20,809 nucleotides of DNA from Lama guanicoe (taxonomy: Eukaryota): NCBI GenBank assembly GCA_013239625.1, contig MU053934.1:1581285-1602093 (forward strand), given 5' to 3'. Numbering within the stretch: the stretch's first letter is position 1; each line of letters opens with the position of its first letter. Both the position numbers and the translations under genes were made by a program. This document shows positions 11,712-19,547 of the stretch, one piece after another. The notes below the pieces were generated by a model that saw nothing but the letters and a program-made list of their open reading frames with translations, did not search any database and was not told where the DNA came from.

Positions 11712-11770
11712 GCTATGAGCCTACTGTGTGCTAGGCTCTGAGGAAGAACCAAGGAATAAGCCAAACAACA
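11712..11770 (-). mobile_element. Possible L2 3' terminal fragment
   Basis: tatgagcctactgtgtgctaggctctgagg...aataagccaa resembles the reverse L2 end. Confidence 0.4.
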
Positions 11771-12264
11771 TTGTAAATTGATTATCTTCAATTTAAAAAA
11801 AAAAGTCAGAGCCCTCTGTGTGTTCCCAGACACACAGAGAACAATCAGATTTTTATTTATTTTTGCAAAAACCTACAGGGCTCCAGTCTCCATGAAACCT
11901 AGCCCTGCTAGGTTTAAACTCCTGAGGGGCTGGTCCATGATCATCCATCCCTCAAGACCTCACCTGGGCAGAATGATGACAAAAGCACAGGATGACACTG
12001 GCCTCCGAGGGTTCGGCACATGGAATGTTTGCGGGGTGCAGCCTGTGGCCTCCTGAGGATGTTGGCTGACACGGGGCAGTGTGGACATGCGCCCAAGGAC
12101 AGGAGGCAAGAATTGCAATCTCTGGAATCTCCTCCTGGATCAACCTCACCTGACCCTCCAGGAATCACAGGCCTACCAACCAGAGAACTGGATGGAGAGC
12201 AGAAGTGGATGGAAAACCCTTCACTAACCAGGAGGGCTTACACTAGCAGCTCACGGGTAGAGGG

Positions 12265-12425
12265 TTTTTTTTTCTTCTTCTCTCTCTCTCTTTTTTTTAA
12301 ATTGTAGTATAGTTGATTTACAATGTTGTGTTAGTTTCTGGTGCACAGCAGAGTGATTCAGTTATACATATATATTCTTTTTCATTTTTTTTTCATTGTA
12401 GGTTATTACAAGCTATTGGATATAG
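12265..12425 (-). mobile_element. Short cetartiodactyl L1 3' end with T/CT tail
   Basis: gtatagttgatttacaatgttgtgttagtttctggtgcacagcagagtgattcagttatacata...ggttattacaag. Possible degenerate TSD tagagggttttttt (12258) / tagaaggatttttt (12423). Confidence 0.85.
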
Positions 12426-12989
12426 AAGGATTTTTTGTCAATTGCTTTTATTGCCAACGTGTGAAAAAATGTGAAACTTCTCATTTCTTTTTTAAAAATA
12501 AATAAATAAAAGAGGCTGTCTTGCATGGCAAAAGTTGGCTGCATTTGAGTTCCAAATGCCCCCAAGGACCGGGCATGTGGGCCCCCACTGGCCACGGTCC
12601 CTCCCCTGTAGCTTCCCTCCCTCCCTTCCACTGCCTGCCGGGCCACTAGAGGCCTCCGAGTTCAGGATTTCTGATCTACTACATCATCTCTGTACCACAG
12701 AGGAGTCTGATGAGGCCCAAAGGGAGAGTGACTTTCCCAGAATTAATTCATCTGGACCAGAAAGAATCTCCAGGGGACCACCCCATGCCCACACCAGTCC
12801 TCCAAAGAACCTCCAGAGTAGGAGCAGCAAGGTGGGCTCGCCTGTGTGGGGAGGGGAGCAGGTGCTCACGGGGAAACCTGAGAGATGGCTGGTCAGCCCC
12901 CGCTCCAACCACAGACATGCCCCTCTCCAGGGGACATGGACAAATGAGATGTGGTCCTCACCCCTGGCAACAATCCCTGTCTTCCCTGG

Positions 12990-13065
12990 CTAATCCTGAC
13001 TCCATCTCTCCTCACCAGCTCTGTGAGCCCTGGTTCTTCATCTGTAAAATAGAGGTCCTCATTGT
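12990..13065 (+). mobile_element. MIR fragment
   Basis: taatcctgactcc...ccagctctgtgagcc...ttcttcatctgtaaaatagagg. Confidence 0.6.
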
Positions 13066-13313
13066 GGCAGGCAGAACTGAGGTCCCCTCCCCTGGTGTGT
13101 TTAGGAAACCACAGGTGTGCCAGTTGAAAGGCACTCGGGGAGGAGCGTGGGAAGGAAGTGGGCCGGCAAGGGTGCAAAGAGGATGCAGAAATGAGGCAGC
13201 CACCACTAGGAGAGGGACTTAGGAAAGAGCAGTGATGGTTAAGCAGACATTGGTCAGGGTGGTCCAGGTGATGCAGAGCTAGTAAGCAACCCCTACTCTT
13301 GGCCACTCCACTA

Positions 13314-14090
13314 TTTTATTTTATTTTTTTTTAATTTTATTAAGATATAATCACTATGTTGTGGGAAAATGTGTTACAACTCGGTGTTACAGCTCAGTTG
13401 TGACAGCAACCTGGAACCTGGCGAGAGACCAAACAGCACTCGGAGAGTTAGTGAACTCAGGTTTATTATACCAGAGAAGTTAACATTTCAAGCTCTGGAC
13501 CCCATCTGTAGGTTTACACAGGCCTTTTATAGGCGGCCAGTTTTACACTTTGCAAGTCATATGCAAATAAAGTACAACAGAAATTGACCAACCAGGAACA
13601 AGCCTTGGAGAAACAGACCAATTAGGAGTGAGCTCCATGCAAATGAAGTACTACAAATGGACCAATCAGAAGTTAGGGAAGTGGACCAATCAGAAGTGAG
13701 AGTAATAACCAATCAGAAGTGAAGAAAGTAACCAATCAGAAATGAGCTCAGGGAACCAATAGAATTCTAGGTATAAGTTACCTGTTTTAGAGGCAAAAAG
13801 TGAGATAGAGCCTGTGGGCCAGGGAACGGGTCGGTGCTAAGAGGAGAGTCACAGCCCTGTGTAGGGATCCTGCTGGTCTTTTTATGGGGCTTCCTGCCTC
13901 AACCATACAAGTTAGTATTAGTTTAAGGTGTACAATGTGGTGACTCATATACATATATATTGCAAAACAGTAATCACAGTAAGTTTAGTTAACATCCATC
14001 ACCGGATGTAGTTACAAATTTTTTTCCTTATGATGAGAATTTTTAGGATCTACTCTCTTAGCAACTTTCAAATAAACAATACTGTTAACT
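13314..14090 (-). mobile_element. L1MA9-like LINE-1 3' end, interrupted by the solo LTR (L1 parts 13314-13356 and 13902-14090)
   Basis: ttttattaagatataatc | catacaagttagtattagtttaaggtgtacaa...tagttaacatccatcacc...gatgagaatttttaggatctactctcttagcaactttcaaata rejoins into one L1 3' UTR. Confidence 0.85.
13357..13901 (-). mobile_element. Class I (ERV1) solo LTR, 545 bp
   Basis: TG...CA termini; 4-bp TSD ACTA/ACCA (13353-13356, 13902-13905); minus-strand TATAAAA (13525-13531) and AATAAA (13462-13467); U3 with six CCAAT and two ATGCAAAT motifs. Confidence 0.9.
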
Positions 14091-14444
14091 TCAGACATAT
14101 GGTGTCCACGACGTCCCAGAAAAGTGTTCTTTCTTGTGCGTACCTGTGTCCATGGAGGGCTGGCAGGGACGGGCACTTAGGGACCCAGGCAGTTGGAGAA
14201 GGCACCATCTCAAACGCTGCCCATCCCAAACCAGAGGAAAGAGTTTTGAAGGGTCTCATGTTGGTCGCGGAGCCCTGAGGCCTGAAAGGTGACAGGAAAC
14301 ACTTCCACCCTCAAGTGGCTGGCCATGACTCATTACACAGCCTCCCTCAGGCAGTCAGGAAAAGTGCAACCCTATGGTCTACCAGGGGGGCATAGGGGAT
14401 GGCCCCCGCCAAGGGGCTCTAGGGGAAGGTCATTACTCCAAGCA

Positions 14445-14600
14445 ATAAAATAATTACCTTTTATTGAGCAATTACAACGAGCCAGGCACAGTGCTGAATA
14501 TTTGACATGGATAATTTCATTTCACACAAGCTTGGAGGTAGGCACTATTATTATCCCCATATTACAGATAAGAAAATCAAGGTCCAGAGACATCAAAAGA
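14445..14600 (-). mobile_element. MIR SINE
   Basis: ttattgagcaattacaacgagccaggcacagtgct...gaggtaggcactattattatccccatattacagataagaaaatcaaggtccagaga. Confidence 0.85.
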
Positions 14601-14611
14601 TTCAGTCATGA

Positions 14612-14722
14612 ATCAATTGCCACAGACTGGGTGTCAATACACATTATATTCTCACGCTTCTGAAGGCTGGAAGTGCAAGTGTGGGCAGGACTGGTTTCTG
14701 GTGAGGCCTCTCTCCTTGGCTC
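14612..14722 (-). mobile_element. MLT1 (MaLR) LTR fragment
   Basis: ccacagactgggtg...ttctcacgcttctgaaggctggaagt...ggtttctggtgaggcctctctccttggct. Confidence 0.75.
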
Positions 14723-15112
14723 GAATCCCATATTACTAATGGGTTTCAAAGCTAGGTCTAGAAATGTTTAAGAACCAGGTTTTATAAGGAAGGAACAGCA
14801 TCGTTTATCCTGTTTCCTTTTGTTTAGTAAGCGTCTCCCAAATGACACAAAGGCGCTTTTCCTGTCCCACATAATCAGTCCTAAGCCTGACAAAGGCAAA
14901 TTAAAAATCTGGTAATAAAATGCAGCTAAATTCTGCCACCAACCAGCTGGGTCTTTGTTTCCTTTATTACGTTAGCAGGAGGTTTAACATGACTATATAA
15001 TATTCTTGCCAAAAATGTTTAGCTAGAATCTAATCATGGGGAAAAAGACAAATCTAGAACACGAGACATTTTCAAGGTGACTTACCTGACTCTTCAAAAG
15101 AATTTTCTGTAA

Positions 15113-15227
15113 GGGGGCTGAGTATAGGTCAGTGGTAGAGCGCATGCTTAGCATGCACGAAGTCCTAGGTTCAATCCCCAGCACCTCCATTAAAATTTTA
15201 AAAATTGAATACATTTAAAAAAAAAAA
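15113..15227 (+). mobile_element. tRNA-Ala(AGC)-derived SINE, camelid vic-1 type
   Basis: GGGGGCTGAGTATAGGTCAGTGGTAGAGCGCATGCTTAGCATGCACGAAGTCCTAGGTTCAATCCCCAGCACCTCCA; A box 15125-15135, B box 15168-15177, A-rich tail; diverged TSD aaaagaattttctgtaa (15096-15112) / aaaagaattcttcacaa (15224-15240). Confidence 0.88.
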
Positions 15228-15468
15228 GAATTCTTCACAAATTAATGTCACAAAAGACACCATAAAGACATGACGACCAAAAGGAAGCTGTGGACCTTGA
15301 CTGAGTTATGGGGGAGGGTGTGTGTCTTCTAAAGAGCTGTTTTGGGGATCAGTGGGGAAACGGAACGTGGCCTGACCTTTAGTGATGATGATGGTGTGAA
15401 CCTTTGCTCTCACAGTGGAAGGGTCATGATGCCTGCAACCTACTCTCAATCAGTCCTGGAAAAAAAAC

Positions 15469-15789
15469 CAGCCATATCTCATTTTATTGAGTTTGCAGAC
15501 TCTGCATTTTTAACAAATTGAAGGTTTGTAGCCACCCTGTGTTATCAGATGGTAGTCAGTATTTTTTAGCAATAAAGTACTTTTAAATTCAGATTCAGAC
15601 ACTGTTTTTTTGGACATAGTTCTCTTGCACACTTAGACTATAGTGCAGTAGAAACAGAACTTTGATGTGACCCAGGAAACCCCAAAAGGCGTGTGACTCG
15701 CTTTACTGCGATCTTCGCTTTACTGTGATCTTCGCTTTACTGTGGCGATGGTCTGGAGCCAAACCCGCAGCATCTCTGAGGTCTGCCCC
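15469..15789 (+). mobile_element. Internally deleted Tigger1 DNA transposon (Tigger1a_Art-like MITE)
   Basis: Tigger1 left end (cagccatatctcattttattg...acaaattgaaggtttgt) joined to the right end (ttttttagcaataaagta...gtgtgactcgctttactgcgat...gaggtctgcccc) followed by TA; internal tcgctttactg repeat x3. Confidence 0.88.
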
Positions 15790-15994
15790 TAAAAGAGAAA
15801 AGGAAGAGGGGCCAGCTGTCTCTGGGGTGTGACCTCGGGGCGGGGCGGGCTGCTGTTCACTGTGCGGTTCTGTTCAGCTTTTTGGAAGGTCTGAAATGCT
15901 TTCGAATAAAAGGGGAGAGAGGAGAGGAGAACGGAGTGGAGTTGGATGATTCAGAAGTTTCACAGCCCCTCTGAATTTTAGAGTTCGGGGACCC

Positions 15995-16618
15995 TGTGTT
16001 CGTTTGCTGGGGATGCCAGAACCAAGTGCCAGACTGGGCCATGTTTGAACTTCATGTCCAGTCACATTATTTCTTTTCCCCAAGTTTCACAGATTTGTTA
16101 ATCAGTGTAAACCCCAACACAGCACACCAACGTGATTTTGCACATCTTGAGGGAAAACAGCTCCTGGTTAAGTGGAAAATTGTGCGGATGGCTTCTGGGA
16201 GAGCTTCATTCTAAGCGGCTTTATAGTGAAACGTTTCATGTACAAGTCTGTGCCCTCCTCAGTTGGCTGTCATCTACATTCACTGAGTAGAACCTGCATG
16301 GATCACGGGCACCCAGTTTTTTCCAGGGTTCTGGGTTTTTCTTCCTTCCCAACTGACATGCGGATAGAACAATGCCGAGTGCAAGACACACCGCGCTGCT
16401 CCAGTACCTCCGGCTCCAATAAATGGATATTTCTTAGCTTGACAGATGATCTGGCGAGGTGTGGTTATGACCAAGTCCTGGAGTCTGGAAATTACAAATC
16501 AAACCTGCAAGGCCAGGGACCAAGTAGCCTGCCTCTGTAAACAAAGTTGCATTCTGAGAAACTGGGGTTTAGGGTTTCAACGGCTGAATTCTGGGAGGAC
16601 ACAATTCTATCTATAACA
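15995..16618 (-). mobile_element. MLT1 (MaLR) LTR termini (15995-16038 and ~16461-16618) flanking an unassigned ~420-bp segment
   Basis: tgtgttcgtttgctggggatgccagaaccaagtgccagactggg and cattctgagaaactggggtttagggtttcaac...gacacaattctatctataaca match the two ends of a reverse MLT1A/B. Confidence 0.65.
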
Positions 16619-17129
16619 GTCCCTAAGGCTTCCTTGAAATTCACCCCAAACTCCACCAGGGGCCCCAGATCAGGCTTTTCAGCTCATTCTGTTTCCCTTT
16701 CTAGAAGAGCCCAAGGCTGAGCATGGACAGGAGAGCGGCAGGGAGGGAGGGAGAACCCTCCCCCACCTTCAACACCATCCCTAAGCGTCTCTTCCCCTCT
16801 GTGCCACTCCCCACCCCATCCCCTTGCAACACAGACACACACAACACAGACACCCAGCTGCCCAGCCAACAGCTCAGGGGCAAAGTCCTGCCAAGTGACC
16901 ATTGCGAAGGTTCGTCCCTACCCTGGGGGCAACATCAATGGCCTCTTCCTGGTGCCCCAGAGTCCTTTCTCCTTTCCTTAGGAGGTGGATCCTGGCTCCT
17001 CGCTGTCTTCATTCTAGCTTCACAGGACACAGAGGTGGTCCTTCCTCTAGACTATCACTCAAACAAACTAAAGCACATCTCCCCTGTCCCCCCTGCCCCA
17101 GTGATAAAAGTCATATTTTACATCTATCT

Positions 17130-17295
17130 ATAACTAGATAAAAGACTCCAGAAGCCTGAAAAATATTTTTATGCTTTAATCTAGTAATTCTGCTCTTGGG
17201 TTTCTATCGAAACCCACAATCCAACTCAGGGAGCACCTTTTGCCTGAAGATGTTTGTTCTGTTTTTATTTACAGTGAGGGGTAACCCAATGCATG
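17130..17295 (+). mobile_element. Ancient L1M ORF2-end remnant
   Basis: tttaatctagtaattctgctcttgggtttctatc...aagatgtttgtt...ttatttacagtg...aacccaatg. Confidence 0.5.
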
Positions 17296-17889
17296 CTTTC
17301 CTGGCACTCCAACTTCTTGAACTATGTGTGAACACCCTGTCCTTTATTTTTCAAACCCAAAGCTCTAGCCCCCACCCCTCCTCAGGGCACCTCTTGTTGT
17401 GAAACCTCACAGTCTGGCAGGCCACCCCTTTCTCACCCTCATTCTCCAAATTTGAAACCTCCATTTCTCCTCTGGGAACTCATTCCCCAGATGTTGACTG
17501 AGGGTCTGGGGTGGCAGAGGAGAATTGCAGGGCACATCGCACAGGCAGCTCCTTAAAGAGCCCACAAGCCCAGCGGCCATTCACCACTTTCTCTCCCTAG
17601 ACCTCAGTTCAGCAGCAGTTGACTTCCCTGGGCTGACTTTCCAGCTTCTGCTGAAGGACACCCCCACCCCCATCTCCCAAGCCTCTCCCTCCTCACCCTT
17701 CTTCCTTCTGTCTCACCTTTTCCTTCCAGAACTTGTAGGGTAAGGGTGAGGCAGGCAAAGTATGTTCAAAACTCAAAAAGAGATGAATGATGCCCCTCTC
17801 CTAGGATGTGAAATCCACGGTGGTTATTTTTGTTTGTTTTAAATACTCATCTTTCCCTTCTGATAGGAAAAAGAAAAGAAAAAGAAGAC

Positions 17890-18170
17890 AACCCAAAGAT
17901 TTAACAGAGGGGCTGGCCACTTAGGATTTATTATATGTTGAATGAATATGTCCACTCAGTGGATTTTTGTGCTGCCTTTGAAATGATGCTTACAAGCGGC
18001 TTGTGAGAATTGGGGAAAATAGTTAAGTAAAGGGAAAAAAGGCACCAAACAGGCATGATCACAACATATAGAATTTGCACAGAAAAAAAGCAGTGAAGAA
18101 AGACATCTATTCTTAAACTGTGCTCATGTTGTCACTGTTTTTTTATATATACACTCCTTTGTGAGTGTGA
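17890..18170 (+). mobile_element. Ancient L1ME-type remnant (ORF2 end / 3' UTR) at the ERV insertion site
   Basis: gtggatttttgtgctgcctttgaaatgatg...ggggaaaatagttaagtaaa...catgatcacaac...gcacagaaaaaaagcagtgaagaaa. Confidence 0.5.
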
Positions 18171-18173
18171 TAT

Positions 18174-18687
18174 TGTTATGGAAATGACAGGCCAGCCAAG
18201 AAACAAGCACCACTCGGAGGGTTGGAGTACTCAGATTTATTACGCCGGTGGGCTCAGAGGGGCTTTTGCTCCAAAGCTCTGAGCACCTCCAAGACGTGCA
18301 CATGAGGTTTTATAGGGTTAATTACAAGTATGGGGCTATTAGCCAATAAGGTTCAAACAACAAAAAGCAAGGAATCAGTACACTGGAGCTTATCAATTTG
18401 GAACAGATCACGTTACTGACACTTGTTGAGCTTGGATTTATGAGTTAGCTTGTTAGCCCAGTAAACTGACACTAAACTTTAGATTTACAAGTTAGCCCGG
18501 CAGAACTTATATCAGTAAACCGACACTAATCACACTTAGATTTGTGACTGAGCTCGTTAGCCCAATAGACTGACACTAAACTTCAGATTTATGAGTTAGT
18601 CCAGCAGAACTCAGATCAGTAATCCGACACTTGTTGCACTTAGATTTGTGACTTAGCTTGTTAGCCCAGCTGGGCTTTTCCTTCACA
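18174..18687 (-). repeat. ERV 3' LTR, 514 bp
   Basis: Begins TGTGAAGG immediately after the PPT and ends ...CCATAACA. TATAAAA 18308-18314, CCAAT 18343-18347, AATAAA 18236-18241. The flanking ATAT (18170-18173) is the predicted TSD. Confidence 0.92.
18452..18659. repeat. U3 tandem duplication, 2 x 104 bp, each made of a 39-bp and a 65-bp subunit
   Basis: GTTAG(C/T)CC starts at 18452, 18491, 18556, 18595 and 18660 (spacings 39/65/39/65); shared gacact and agattt cores. Confidence 0.9.
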
Positions 18688-18699
18688 TTCCCCCCTCTT
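18688..18699 (-). other. Polypurine tract
   Basis: AAGAGGGGGGAA directly abutting the LTR TG. Confidence 0.92.
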
Positions 18700-19547
18700 G
18701 ATGCTTTCACAACCCTTGTTGGAGTAAGCATCATCATTTACCTGTTGCAGGGGCTCATAATTGGAGGCTAACATCTGAAGTTTTATAGCCTCTATCCGCT
18801 CACTGACAAAGCGGGTCAGGAAGTTTAGGACACAGGGCCCAAACAGCAGAACTGCAAAAATCAGGAGTAAGGGACCTATGAACGGTGCCAGCCAGGAGGT
18901 CCAGCCCCAGGGGCCTGTCCATGGGCTCTTATCTAAAATATGTTTTCTTTTTTCCACTCGGTCTTGTAACTCTTGAACCATCCCTCTGACAATTCCTGAT
19001 TGATTGGCATAAAAACAACACTCTTCATTTAGAAAGAGGCATAGTCCCCCCTCTTTGGCCGTGAGTAAGTCCAGACCCCTCCTGTTTTGTAAGACCACCT
19101 CGGCGAGAGAGTCAATCTGATTCTGCAGAGTTCCCAGGGTTTCTGCTATTTGTTGGAGATTGTGGCTGAATTTACCTGTAAGCTGATAATAGTAATAAGA
19201 GGAAGAGGCGATGCCCCCGATTTCTGTGCCTACCCCTGCTGCCACTCCGAGCCCCACTAGCAAGGGGATCAATTGTATAGCTCGTTTTATTCTCCGTGGA
19301 TGCTGGTGAGTTATGACAGGGATGGGCAGACTTTGATTATTAGGCATAATGTCCATTCGGGGAGTGAGATAAGCCAAAGCACATAACCCTGCCCATCTGG
19401 CAGGGAGGCACCGGTAGGCAAATTCACCACATACAAAATAAGTCCCGTTATTAGAACACCATCTTTGTGTGGGTTGGCACCCTAGACCCATACAGTGAGA
19501 GATTTTAATACATTGATTTATAGTTAGATTGCCCTCTAAAAAAAGGA

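Larger units (their letters stand above)
14985..15915 (+). mobile_element. Ancient L1ME/L1MC-type 3' UTR, interrupted by the SINE and the Tigger MITE
   Basis: tattcttgccaaaaatg...gaatctaatcatgggg...ctcttcaaaa; aaagacatgacgac; gtcatgatgcctgcaacctact; tgttcactgt...cagctttttggaaggtctgaaat...aataaaa. Confidence 0.7.

Noticed and set aside
13650..13765. CRISPR-like repeat array (ACCAATCAGAAGT units; also the 18452-18660 repeats)
   Set aside because: These are eukaryotic LTR U3 enhancer repeats with no unique spacers and no cas genes.
14364..14396. Additional CTCF sites (ctaccaggggggcata; also ~3665)
   Set aside because: The G-run length or core positions break the consensus spacing.
15113..15190. 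Functional tRNA-Ala(AGC) gene
   Set aside because: The acceptor, D and T stems are mismatched, and the A-rich tail and TSD indicate a SINE.
900..18170. HMOX1 exons or the classical E1/E2 enhancers
   Set aside because: No HMOX1 peptide and no tight cluster of TGCTGAGTCA elements were seen; if synteny holds they lie beyond the window.
13357..18687. The two LTRs as the paired ends of a single provirus
   Set aside because: The U3s differ, the solo LTR has its own TSD, the intervening DNA is old host repeats, and the PPT/env lie on the far side of the second LTR.
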